A stretch of 64,000 nt of DNA from Tubulanus polymorphus (Eukaryota > Animalia > Nemertea), in NCBI RefSeq assembly GCF_964204645.1, contig NC_134028.1, positions 5,332,001 through 5,396,000 on the forward strand, given 5' to 3'. The position numbers and the translations under genes were made by a program. Position 1 is the stretch's first letter. Every line of letters starts with the position of its first letter. Shown piece by piece: positions 1-12,140 of the stretch. Under the pieces are notes generated by a model. That model did no database searches. It saw nothing but the letters and a program-made list of their open reading frames with translations, and was not told the DNA's origin.

Positions 1-221
1 CAAATACAATCATTCTGATATAGAATTTTTCAATCTTGGCTTCGTTATTGTGGGATTTCTCTCATAATCATCATACACAGATATTGTGTATCTTCTCGTC
101 TAAAAGTGCTTGAAGATCCTTCAATTTCTCCTGAAACTCCTTTAAAACTCCTTCAATTTAGAGAAATGGGCAATTAGTATTATTCAGTGGACGAATGCTA
201 AATCAGTACAGTTGGGACCAG

Positions 222-359
222 GGGCCAGTTGCACAGTCATGGCTTAAACTTAAGACCACTCTAAGACCAACTTAGTTCTATAGCCAGTCAAACAACTTAC
301 GACCTATCTTAAGATTTAAGACCACTTTTGAACTTAAGTCATGACTGTGCAACTGGCGC
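222..359. mobile_element. PIF/Harbinger-type MITE (CWG target duplication)
   Basis: Inverted ends GGGCCAGTTGCACAGTCATG / CATGACTGTGCAACTGGCGC, flanked by CAG on both sides. An inverted copy lies at 23438-23571. Confidence 0.85.
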
Positions 360-455
360 CAGGACTTTTACTTCACTCAATTAGGCTGTTATCGAAAAGA
401 TTAGCTTACAAAACCACTGAATTACCTACCGGTTTACAGAGATAAACAATAGCAG

Positions 456-583
456 GGCCCATTTCCACGAAAGGTTAAAGCCTAAAACGGTTAAGTTTGA
501 ATTGTTGTCCTCATTGAAAACATGAAGTAATCATTGGCAATTACACCAAAAATTTGAGTTTTACCTTTTTGTGAAACCGAGCC
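456..583. mobile_element. PIF/Harbinger-type MITE (CAG duplication)
   Basis: GGCCCATTTCCACGAAAGG ... CCTTTTTGTGAAACCGAGCC, flanked by CAG/CAG. Confidence 0.7.
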
Positions 584-1527
584 CAGGAGTCTGTTGTTAT
601 TGGGATATGAAAGTGATGCAGACGCTTCCTCGAAATTTGAAATCTTCTCCTTTAAAACTCCTTGAAAACTCCTATACCTTTTGGACTCGTTTTTTCTATT
701 CGTATCGTGGGATTTTATCGTATTATCTAGATGAAGATGAAAGAAGTCTTTATTGTCACCGGTAACAGGAGCTCATCGGCGCGATAATTTTCCGAGGTGT
801 TAGAATTGACGCTGGAAATGAGTATTAATTATTAGTCTGGATTAGATCCTGTTCCCGGTCTCCCAGACTGCAGGAAATGGTTTTCGAAAAGCCACTCGAT
901 TTGATGAAAAAACAACAAAGTCGCCTCTAAACGCCCCGTAACGCTTTGATGATTTATGACCATCTTCGTGATTGTTCTATTTTATCCTGTCTTATTCAGT
1001 GGGTGCTGTTACTGACTTGCGTTTAGTGTCCAGTGAGGTGGAATTAATACTTTGAATGCTCGAAACTATAAAAACGAAGTCCGCGCCATGCGTTCATGTA
1101 CGTACGTACGCGCGCATCCTTTATGCGACTCTGACAAGCTTTCATAATGGATCTTTTTGAAAAATTCATTGTTCATTTCGTCGAAGTATGCAATAAGAAA
1201 TATACAATCATTCGGTATCTATGGTCTGAATGCTGGGACAGGGCGCTCTGCTTCTTTTGTATGAAGATGATATGATTTTGAGAATATTAGATAAGTTTTT
1301 TATTTTTCATCTTGAAACAGTGAGTCCCACTTATTTGATTTAGTGTCCTTTACAAACCCACCACACCTGCTGGGAACGAAACAGGGGTTTTTGAAAATAG
1401 GCCCGGATAAAAAAACTGGAATTGTCTTATCTTTAAAGAGACGGGTAAGATTTCCCCATTCTTTAGAAATGTATAAAATCCCAAAATGATGATGAAAAAT
1501 AAAGTCCGAAATGTTTCCTTTAAGCTA

Positions 1528-1834
1528 GCAGTTCATTCAACTTTACAACTATATCCCAATAGTCATCTTCAGGAATAGTGTATTCCTTGAACTAAGAGTT
1601 TATTCAAAGTCCAACTATATCCTAATAGTCATCTTCAGGAATAGTGTATTCCTTGAACTAAGAGTTTATTCAAAGTCCAACTATATCCTAATAGTCATCT
1701 TCAGGAATAGTGTATTCCTTGAACTAAGAGTTTATTCAAAGTCCAACTATATCTTATAGTCATCGTCAGGAATACTGTATTCCTTGAGCTAGGAGTTTAT
1801 TCAACTTTTCAACTTATATTCATCTTCAGGAATA
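1528..1834 (-). repeat. 66-bp tandem repeat (about 4.5 copies) built from a degenerate minimal hammerhead ribozyme / Penelope-like LTR fragment
   Basis: caactatat recurs at 1546, 1612, 1678 and 1744. The minus-strand unit reads TATTC-CTGAAGA-TGACTATTAGGATATAGTT-GGACTTT-GAATAAAC. Confidence 0.9.
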
Positions 1835-2601
1835 TTAACGCGAGGTAATACAAGAGATCTTACAGGCCTATATTATCGCCACAACATGGACAGAGTGTTT
1901 CATCAGTGGCTGCCATTCTTTTAGTCGCAAATATAAGCTTAATCACGGGAACTTGACAGTTAGTTGACTAGAGTTCGACGATTGAAAATGAACTAATTTC
2001 TATCATTCGAATTCACTATTCATTACCGGTCGCCGCGTTTCTCTTTGTTTGGTTTTTTACCTGTATCTCTGCTGCGTTGTAACTTCGACGACGACGACGC
2101 GACGTAAAACTTTCTTGTGGCTGCGTAATCCGGGCGATCAAAATAATGAGCCAGCCGACGGGATCGAATTGAGTCTTTGTTCTCGATGACAACCCGACAA
2201 ACTTTTAAAAGGTAGCTTCCCCGGTGGTGGTGCCGTCACCTCGAGGCTACGGTACAGAAGTCCGAGTTTATCTCATCTGATTGTTAATACATAAGTATCC
2301 TCGGGGCTTGGTTCATCCTGCTGAGCCCTGTAACGTTCTGTTAATGTCCACCGGTGGTTAAATCTCATATACGCGTCCGGGTTTATTGTGTAATTTTGTT
2401 AACGCTTTTGTTGCTCGATTAGACCACGGCGAGTTCGCGATGAGATTTTCTCCGCTGAGAGTCGAGTCGCTGAATCGAAATGGATTCTAACGGGATTGTC
2501 GCTTACCTCGAAATCGGGGAAATTTTTTCTATTTTCTTCAAAAAAAGTCGAGGAATATTCAGGGAAATTTGTCGAGAATAAATTGTGCGTATAATCAAAC
2601 A

Positions 2602-2885
2602 CAGAGTTGCCACTTGTAACAAGGAAATCCGGGAAGAGTCAGGGCAATTTCTTTACTTTAAAAAAGTCAGGGAATTTTGTAAAAAAAAAGCTAAAAATCA
2701 GGGAATAGTTAGGGAAATTTGTTGAGATTGCTGGCTTGTGGGTAAAATCAAACGGTTTCCGCCTATGCCTTGCTTATTTGACTGCGTTAATTGATTGGAT
2801 TCTAAGCTGATCAAGTCAGGGAAAACAATGTGCATGCCAGGAAACAGTCAAGGAAAAAGCGAGTCTGGTTAAAGTGGCCAGTCTG
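2602..2885. mobile_element. Non-autonomous DNA transposon with TCAGGGAA sub-repeats
   Basis: Ends CAGAGTTGCCACTT / AAGTGGCCAGTCTG; repeated tcagggaa/tcagggca motifs; related to 3730-4045 and 5941-6216. Confidence 0.7.
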
Positions 2886-3453
2886 TTTGATAATCATTAT
2901 TTTACAAGTATTAGAATTCATTTCACCAAAACCTTGATACGTTTAAATCAAGAAACTGTGAAACGCCTCCATTATTACAATACTTGTATCATCATTCCTT
3001 TGTTGCGAAGCGGCGCGGACCCATTAGTTCAACCATACAGACAGATATCACACACTGGGTGTTACACCTCTAAACATGAGGCTTAGTTATTCTAGATGCT
3101 CTTTTCATCCTGATTCATGTTCCATATAATATATCATGTTCCATGGGCGTAGTATATATCGTGATGATGATCATCAAACGTGTGAAAATCTTACGACCTT
3201 TGTTAGCTTAATTATCAGTTAGTTAAGTCTGTATCGCGGGGTTCGCTACGATATTTGACAACTACCTGTCAGGCCTTCGGCTATATATCATTTTGAAAAT
3301 ATCTTATTCGGGATTTTATTTATTCAGCTTTTTTTCGTGGGAATTATAGCTGTTTTAAATTATTCATTATCGCTCGAGGGTGGTTTCAATATGCGAATAA
3401 TCATTCATCAGGTTTAGAATCGCGGGGTTTTCTGAGATAAATTCAACCCTTTA

Positions 3454-3660
3454 TTCTCAACTGCAGTTTACCACGGATTGTTTATGTTAGAAGTTTTCAA
3501 AGTTGAATCATATTTTTAACTTTCATTGGATATAAAAATTGAGCAACTACAATTCTGCAACTGCAAAAATTCTCAACTTCACTTTATCACGGATTGTTTA
3601 TGTCGGAAGTTTTCAAAGTTAAATCATATTTTCAACTTTCATTGGATATAAAAATTGAGC
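3454..3660. repeat. Local direct duplication, about 116-bp period
   Basis: cacggattgtttatgt...cattggatataaaaattgagc occurs at about 3472 and 3588. Confidence 0.85.
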
Positions 3661-3729
3661 TTATCATTTTGGAAATGCACATGAAATCACCTCATTTCAT
3701 GGAATACCTACCTGTAAAACTGAGTGAAT

Positions 3730-4045
3730 CAGAAAAATCGAGAAACAATCAGGGAAAACTCAGGGCCCAGTTTTATAGACTGGTATTTCCTTTAACCTGG
3801 GGGCTAACTTAATTCATTTTCAGTTGAGTTAACCCCCGGGTTAAAGATAATACCAGTCTATAAAACCGGGCCCTGAAATTTGACTAACTTTGCAAAAGAA
3901 CCTGGAAAAAAGGAATTTGGATATGTTATTGACCTTGGATTTCTTAATCAGTATAAAAATCGAATGAAAAAATAAATTTCAATTCACCTGCCGCAGATTC
4001 ACTTTTGTGTGATAACATGAAAACTCGGGGAATTTTTAAATCAAA
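3730..4045. mobile_element. TCAGGGAA-family repeat containing a nested MITE
   Basis: Similar to 5950-6160 (aaaactcaggga, cctggaaaa, atttggata). Confidence 0.55.
3764..3872. mobile_element. Near-perfect fold-back PIF/Harbinger-type MITE
   Basis: GGCCCAGTTTTATAGACTGGTATT ... AATACCAGTCTATAAAACCGGGCC, flanked by CAG/CTG. A partial relative lies at about 56003-56068. Confidence 0.85.
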
Positions 4046-4089
4046 ACAATGCGGACTGTAATGATGAGTTTTCATTGTCGTATTTTCAG

Positions 4090-4343
4090 GTCCTGGTTCG
4101 TACAACGCGCCGGGTATGGGCTCGGACAGCATGCGCCGGGCGTACATCGAGAGCACCAGGCGCGGCGTATTCGGAACGACGTCCGTTCGTATACAGCCGT
4201 TGATAAAACGCGGAGAAACCGACCTGCCCGGGCCGTCGCATTACAAAGTCAAAGAGAAACCGTTCAAAAGTCGATACCAACAACTTTCGTCGACGTTCGC
4301 TTCGCTAACGAACCGTCTGCAAGAGCCGACTGGTGTCATAAAG
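4090..4343 (+). CDS. STPG2: STPG2-like internal coding exon (first visible here; upstream exons lie outside the window)
   Basis: Acceptor tattttcag|G and donor AAG|gtaag. Translates (G)PGSYNAPGMGSDSMRRAYIESTRRGVFGTTSVRIQPLIKRGETDLPGPSHYKVKEKPFKSRYQQLSSTFASLTNRLQEPTGVIK, with PGPGxY-type SHIPPO/STPGR repeats and F-x-S/T-x-x-x-R motifs. Ends in phase 0, matching the next exon. Confidence 0.88.
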
Positions 4344-5940
4344 GTAAGCTCGACGATACCGTCGCGTAATTCACACTATCGCTAATTCACCCCATACCTG
4401 AAACGGATAAATTTGGAATTGACCAAATCAATGCTGCGCATTTACAAACGTTTTTAAATCAACTTTTATGACTGACAGCAAAGTTTCTATTCACACCCAT
4501 AGAAATGGTCCTTGTCAGTCTAAATTGGTCCGTTCATAAAAGGGATCGACTTGGGATTTGGAACAGACTTTTTCATTATTTGGACAAATTGAAGGGGTGA
4601 GATTTTGCCCAAATGAGCAGCTTTTAAAATTTCTAATTTATGGCTGCCCGTGGTTTTTGATTCTCATTGTTCAACGTTGTGTTCAGACATCTATTATATG
4701 ATTCTGATTTCTGAAACAACTCCCATCCCTTGTATGTGAGTTTTACCAAGGAAATGCCACCAGCAAAAAGGCTGTGTGACAGAGATTAAGAAATGTTGCT
4801 ATTTTCATCTGTTCCGGAGACATACAGCAACATGACTTCAGCATTTGATTTAAGGCAAAACAGTTTTGTTCATGTATATTACCTCGGTTTACCTTCCCGT
4901 ATAGACCTCACAGGCAATATACCGACTGTTCATAATTCTTTTCATTCTACCTTTGTGTTTACTTATGATTTCATCTTTAACGGGCAAACAAACAGCGCAC
5001 TGCGCCCCTCAGGCTCCAGTCATCTCTTCATATCTCGGTTATCTTCATTTTTCATCTCCGCTTCTCAACATCGTTTCGTACAGATTCCGACTGAGTATAG
5101 GTTGAGCTAGTATCTTTAGAAAGGGCTGCATTAAGTAACCCTGAACCTACTTCATTATTCCAGCTATATTCGGTTAATCATTTGAGTCCATAGATGCCAT
5201 GGCTATGGTAATGATAATAATCATAACATTTTGAGGATGCGAATGCCCCTGAGAGATGGCTGCCTACCTGTTCTGGGCATAAAAGTATGGATAAAGCCGG
5301 TTTTGACTTTTTAGATAGTTTAGTTTCCGTGGGAATGCCCAGGGTATTTTTGAAGGGGTTCAAATGTCTCTTTAAAAGGCCAAATCCATTAGATTCGTCC
5401 ACAAACTGCCGTTAGAGCTTTTTAAATGACAGCTAAATCCCTGGCTAGATCTCGGTGTACCACCAAGTTTAGAACAGACTGCACAGATAGATGTTTCATT
5501 ATTTTTAAAATGTTACTATGGCCCAAATGACTGCCCGTTTGGGGTATGCCTATATGGTTTCTTACTGTTGGGAGCAGTAAGAGATCTTATCATTATTCGC
5601 GAGTACTAGTTCATCCGTTAATAATTGGTCGAGTTTTAATCGGTGATTGATTATTGATCTATCGGTATATGATATATCGATCCGATACGTGATCGGAGTT
5701 TATCGCAGTCGTGGATCAGTTCGTTCGGGAATCACTGAGAATACAGCAATAATTGAGTATGACAGAATAAGATTACATTGATTTGCTTACGACTTCTATT
5801 TCGACGACGTGGTCAATGTTTATCGATGCTTCTCTAACTTACTATTAGTTATTCGTTCGTTTCAGAGCAAAATCTAGTGTGGAATAATTGGTAGATAGGC
5901 CTAGCTCATTCCAACTCAAAGAATATAAAGTAACCATGAA

Positions 5941-6216
5941 CAGAGCTGAGGAACCTGGAAAACTCAGGGAATTGAACAATCTAGAAAATATCAGGGAAAA
6001 CTCTCAGCATTTGACAGATTTTACCAAAAAACCTGGAAAATTCAGGGATTTGGATAATGCTATCGGCCATGCGTTTCTTTATCAGTACGCGATTCAATGA
6101 AAAATGAATGAATTTTAACATTTCAAACCTCAAAATTTCTGTGATTCACTCAGGAAATTTTGTGTAGTCGCAAGGAAAAATCTGAAATTTGTAATGGGTG
6201 GAAAGTGGCCACCCTG
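5941..6216. mobile_element. TCAGGGAA-family non-autonomous DNA transposon
   Basis: Several tcaggga motifs; right end GTGGCCACCCTG, similar to 2874-2885. Confidence 0.65.
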
Positions 6217-7207
6217 ATGAGCTCTCATGGTTGCTTTGTTGAAAATCGATTTTTACTTTGAATCTGTAATCGCTATGAAGTTCAAGAGAATACCTATTTC
6301 AAATCTTGAGGTTTAGGCTTCTTCGATAGTTCAGTAGATACATTAATCTTTCATTACATAAACATCTACAAAGAATACGAAACTTTGAGAAACTTCCAGA
6401 AAACAAACTTTTCAGATCCCGATCTATCGCAGCGAAGATGAATGCGATTCGCACAAAAATTTACTTAAAATACCATGAAAAAAAAAGCGATTTTTGCCGG
6501 GATAGTTTTCTGAGAGCCGTATCAGATGGACAGTGGTATCTCGCCGGTAAAATATATGTTTACTTCAACCACCGACAAAAAATATTTCTTAATCTCCTAC
6601 GGAGTAGAAACTTACTTCAAGTTTGTTATCTTTGACATATTACACTGACAGTAACAAGCAACGTAACACTAGCAGTAGTAGTAGTCTATATGAGCTGGCT
6701 TTTTCCGCTAGGATTAACGGAAAAAGCATTTCAAAGTTTTTAAACAACAGCCTCGTAGAGTAGTCAAACCAGTTACGTCAATCAGTTTGTCTTGTTAATG
6801 GTTTTCGCTAATTAGCGGCGTAAAAATGCTTAAAAGCCCTGTCTGAGAGCATTTAGGAAACATATTCATGTACGTTGTCGATGTCTAGGTATTTGCGGTG
6901 AGTAAAAGATTCTAATTTGGGATTGATGAGATACGATACGGTTGTGGTAGGATGTAGCCGATGGCAACAGTTGACTCTGACTCTGACTCTGATGATACTA
7001 ATTGTTATGGACTCTGGTATCTGAGTAACTCGTCAGAAGCTAATCGGACCTTCTAGCAAAATCATAATTCACCAATAGGTACATTAAACATGTTCTCTAT
7101 GTACTATGTAGAATACGTAGTCATGATTTCATATGTGAGTTAGGTTTTCATACAATTATAAGTCAAAAATTAGTCTATGTCAATGTGGAGCTGCAACACC
7201 AGTTATC

Positions 7208-7220
7208 CCACCAGGTGGCG
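7208..7220 (+). promoter_or_regulatory. CTCF-like motif
   Basis: CCACCAGGTGGCG matches the CCASYAGRKGGCR core. Motif match only. Confidence 0.35.
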
Positions 7221-7312
7221 TGACGAGCGCTCAGTCCTTCATTCATGTTCAATCAGCTTTGAACTGAATTTTCATTCATTTTTCTAGTCAGATACTGGTG
7301 TAGTTTACATTA

Positions 7313-7832
7313 ATAACTGATTCATTTATGAGAAAAGTTCATTCGATTTTCAATGAAATGTTGAAGAAATCAAACACAGAAAACCGAATAACTACACATG
7401 AACCTAACAGATCCTTGCTTGCCACATAGTTTCAGTGGTTACCCATTACTTGAGCCTCATATAGTACTCAGTTCTACAGTTTTGATAACTGATTCATTTA
7501 TGAGAAAAGTTCATTCGATTTTCATTGAAATGTTGAAGAAATCGAACACGGAGAACCGAATAACTACACATGAACCTTACAGATCCTTGCTTGCCACATA
7601 GTTTCAGTTTGTTACCCATTACTTGAGCCTCATATAGTACTCAGTTCTACAGTTTTGATAACTGATTCATTTATGAGAAAAGTTCATTCGATTTTCATTG
7701 AAATGTTGAAGAAATCGAACACGGAGAACCGAATAACTACACATGAACCTTACAGATCCTTGCTTGCCACATAGTTTCAGTGGTTACCCATTACCTGAGC
7801 CTCACATAGTGCTCAGTTCTACAGTTTTGATA
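7313..7832. repeat. Tandem repeat, 172-173-bp unit, 3 copies
   Basis: ataactgattcatttatgagaaaagttc at 7313, 7485 and 7658; the copies are nearly identical. Confidence 0.95.
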
Positions 7833-10800
7833 GTAAAATTCGAGTCTATAGTTTTGAAATACTAGTTCTGCTATGATTAATCCCAAGAACTATAGAACTG
7901 GCTCCAGGGAATCTTTTCATGAAAGATACATATCTCTGGTGGTGATGAACACTTATAAAAAGCACTACAATCATAAGAACATATAAGTTATGAAAGCAGG
8001 CGACGTTTTGTGTAAACATTTGGTGCCAGCCTGGCAGTTACATAATCCTCACCATCTCATATCCCGACATTCGTGACATTCGATAACTTGCTTATTAATT
8101 ACGGCTCATTTTTAACTGGAAGTTTTTGATTTATCCGTATCTTCGATATCGTGATGCAACGGTAATTAGTCGTATACTGGTGTTAATACTTGCGGATTAG
8201 GTGGCGACTTTTTTCCCGTTGACATTCGTCCCCGGCGGAGTCTAGTTGTCGCGTACGTCGGCTCCACATGGGATTTCGTCTAAGACTTTTGAAATTTGTA
8301 ATCGGCTGAAGTTTTTATTTCCGTTGCAGAGCTGATGATCAAGCTGTTCTATTGTTAGAATTCACAGTCCTTTTTTTGTGCAGATTAGTTTTTATTTCCA
8401 TCAGATTAATATACATCATCTTCATCTCGCCACACGCCACATTACGGGCAAGATTCACAATCCTGATTCTGCAGTCTAGCTAAGTATTATATCATCCCAA
8501 CTTACCATGGATAGAAATGTTGTGGTTCTTCGCATAGCCCTGACTTATTGCTGATGGCCCTGACTATAAGAAGCGATGTATGAATCGTAATACTGGTTTG
8601 GTTCGAGAATCAAAATGGATCCGATCCTATGATTGATTAGAGTATTTCTTATTTTTGGAAACAGCGAGAAAAAACTATTTTCGGCTTGCTCTATTCATCT
8701 CAGAGTTCAGTAGTTTTTCATTAGTTTTCCAATCAATTTTTTTCAAGACTTTCTAACTCTAGCATCAGATCAAGCTCAAGACTGTGGAACTAGGTTCCGT
8801 TGATTTTAACTCGTGACTGAGAAAAGTAAGATCCGGGTGCGGAATGTTTCCTAAGCTCTCTCAATATCAGGCCTTCTAAATACTCTAAGCCCCTTTAAGA
8901 AATAGCTCTTAATGATTATGAATATTCATCGCTTCGAAACAAATGAAAGTATAAGCGAAGATGAAGGCTACTGCGGCGAGCGTAATTAATACGCCGCTTG
9001 TATTAGGTTTATAAATCTGCGATCTACGCGAATGTCACCGATTAGACTCGACGCAAATCTCCAATTTCACGGTCATTTAGCCACTTACAAGACCGTACGG
9101 ACCATTCGGTCAATCATTCGGAAATTGAAGATAAATTGACAGATCGGGTCCACCAGTTGCCTCGACGAGCAACAGGCAATTGTTGCCGCGTCCGAGATTC
9201 TTATGAGATTTGCTTATGATATAATTCAATTACGGCGCTGGACGTTGGGAAAGTTATGCTTATCGGAATGTACGCTTATCAGTCGATGAGTGCGGTCCCG
9301 TCGAGCTGCGCTTATGAAGTACTTATCTTTCCCCTTTTATTCCGAGTCTTAGGAGAGAGACCGAACAATAATTCTCTGATTGCCCGGCTGTTGGCTTTGT
9401 TCGCGATTAGGAACCCCCCTGTGCGTCGAATATTGCTGTCAATAGTTCAAATTTCAAACTCGATATTTCGACGCGTTCTTTATGAATTTCGACGGCGAAA
9501 ATCACCTCTAAATTGGAACCGAAATTTACTCGGTAATTGCGTAATTTCAGCAGCGCTAATGATCGTCTAATTCCACGCACGACGTTAAAACACTTTAATT
9601 GCCAATTATTTTACGTAATCAAAAGAAAATTCTAAATGCGAATTTATCATAAGCTATTACGCGGCAACAAAACAGGATAGTCATCGTGTTTGTAATGAGT
9701 TCAGTTCTTCAGAGGTTCGGATTTTTCGAGGGGGGAGAACACCGGGGTCGTTTCATGTACTATTGTGTGACTAATCATTGTCGCGCAAATCGCTCGTTTT
9801 TCCGTTTTCCTTTGATTTACAAGTCTGAACTATCTATTGTGACGCGAAGGTAACGTCGACTTGTCTTTTCGACGACGACGCCGACGATGATGACGCGGCG
9901 TTCTCTCCCTCGGGCTCGTCGCGCTTACCCTCCGGGCGAGGCACTAATTACCTGTAAAAACTGCCCGCTATCAGAAACGTTAACTTCGTGTTTGATGTTA
10001 TTGTTATATGATGTTTTTTAAGAGGGTGTACCTGGCGTCTGCTGCTCGAGAAAGCTCCTCGGCTATGTCTTTGACTCTTCTAGAGCGCGCGCGCGCGCGT
10101 CGCGTAAGTTATAAACTTACACGGTGACTCATCCGGTTAGCCCGTCATGTCTTACACGGTGACTTTTGAAAATTAAATCCGACTAGATGGACGTTCAATG
10201 AGCTGATTAGTTTCGTATTACACACTAGTGGCTTTTGATTAAATCTCTCGGTTTCAAAGACGCTCGTCCTATTTCACTGTACTCTTCTTGATAACTATTT
10301 CCGAGAATTCATCGATGTGATATATACTTCCTATTGTTCCGTTACATATTCTTAATGAAAGATTTCATGCGCAATTTCCTTAAAAATATATCCGATTGTT
10401 TCGATGTGATAAGCATCGAGTTGTAGCATCAATGTCCGTGCTAGTTTCAATAGAGGAATGATGGTCCGATCGGGGAGGTCTAATTCAATCCCCTCAATAT
10501 GAGTGAAAACTACAAGAGCATTTGAGGTTTCGACTCAAATTTTATAAATCATTTGGAAAATGGCTCATAGAATTTAGTTGAAATGTCAAATACTATCGTA
10601 GTTTTTTCTATAATGTCGATGTTGCTATCAATTTTTTGATTCAGCATGCTAATGCATCGAAAAAATGGAATAATGTCAAAAAGCACCATTTGCCCAAAAT
10701 ACACACTCCGTCCCATACCCTCCTTAGATATCATCCACGTCCACAAGTTGCTTTCTGCTATCATTTGTTTCATGCGCGTCGTTGATTTATTGATATCAGT

Positions 10801-11530
10801 TTAGTCCGGTTCATCGAGCATATTATGTATATAGTTATTGATGCGACGTTTACCTCTGCGTGAACTGATAGTTCAGTTCGTAGATCACGGTTATTGATGA
10901 TATTTATGTAGCCAAGTGATTGCGTCATTTCTCTTACTGTTTGTGCAGATTTTTAGACAAAATTATGGCAGTTTGGCAATCTTTGAATGAGACTACTTAT
11001 CTTTGTTGCTAGTAAAATTCCATTCAAATAATTGAAACGCTTTGTCTTTATAACTTAGTTTCGGTCAGTTCATGAATATTCTATAGTAACTATTGTCATT
11101 GAACAGATCTCTAGGAAGAACATCTTGTCAACTAGATTCATATTTCACGATTGATTTCAGATGAAATCGGGCGTAATCGGGTTTAATGACTGTTATATTA
11201 CTGTGGGTAGCAGCTTTAGATTTTAATTAATTTATTCGCAGTATTCTCCGCAGTGAGCTAGATACGCGCTTAAATAGAATCTAATACATGAAATAAGCAA
11301 CTATTCAAAAAACAATTTAGATTAGGATAAATTAGGATAACTTCTTTTCTATGGGGACCATTATAAACCGATCCAGAAAGCCTCTATTGCTAGCATAGGA
11401 AGAGCAAAGTAGAAACTAGCTTTTGCCAATTGTGCTGATTCAAGTCAGTTTTTGATGTATCAAAGGATGAAAAGTTGGGTAAACGTTCGGGTTAGGTTAG
11501 GCTATGATGAAGGATAAAGGGTTAACATTA

Positions 11531-11886
11531 AGCCTAGCGCACATCGACACTGCAATTGGAGACAACTAGTTGCTACCGAACGATTACCCCGCGCACATCG
11601 AAATCTAGTTACAACCGGTCAGTTGCAGCAACTGCATGGCGCATGTCGATCGTCGAGATCCAGAGCGGGCACATCGACGGATATAACTGCGATTGAGTAC
11701 AACCAGTTGCTCAAAAGTAGAACATGGGCAACTGGCTGGAACTGGAGATAGATGGACGCTTACCAATCGTAAGCTCGCTCACATCGACACATTCAAGCAA
11801 CTGATCGTATCCAGCCAGTTCCTCATGCGCCGAAAACTGCCTTGCAACTAGTTGTCTCCAATCGCAGTGTCGATGTGCGCTAGGCT
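11531..11886. mobile_element. Young PIF/Harbinger (Tourist-like) MITE with TTA duplication
   Basis: About 43-bp near-perfect inverted ends AGCCTAGCGCACATCGACACTGC(A/G)ATTGGAGACAACTAGTTGC; TTA at 11528-11530 and 11887-11889. Confidence 0.92.
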
Positions 11887-11984
11887 TTAGGGTTAGGTTA
11901 GGATGATGTTGTTAACTTAAGTCAGTTTTCATCCCTGGATATGTCATCAGCCATACAGATTTCATCAATCCAGCGTTCTTCAGT

Positions 11985-12140
11985 TGAGTTTGAATCCCGG
12001 TGGTGGTAGTTTCTTCCTCAAAGCAGTGAGGCCTCGCGCTTCCCTGACCTCTATCTCTCATCCGGGGAAAAAGGTAGAGGGATAAATAGTCGAATGAGGT
12101 CTAAATGGCTATGCACCACGGCTCGCTGTAATTATACAAA
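11985..12140 (+). mobile_element. Possible tRNA-derived SINE remnant
   Basis: B-box-like GAGTTTGAATCCCGG followed by a GC-richer body; no clear A box or cloverleaf. Confidence 0.3.

Larger units (their letters stand above)
100..680. mobile_element. Dispersed repeat with CTCCTT(G/T)AAAA sub-repeats, interrupted by two nested MITEs
   Basis: Colinear similarity with 56550-56890 (acagttggga/acagttggaa, attagcttacaaaa, gagataaac, gacgcttcctc). Confidence 0.7.

Noticed and set aside
1528-1834. CRISPR-like array
   Set aside because: Units repeat along their whole length with no unique spacers, there are no cas genes, and the context is a eukaryotic intron.
4620-5560. CpG-poor segment that might be decayed transposon coding sequence
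   Set aside because: The frames I translated have stops or no RT or transposase motifs; BLASTX would be needed.
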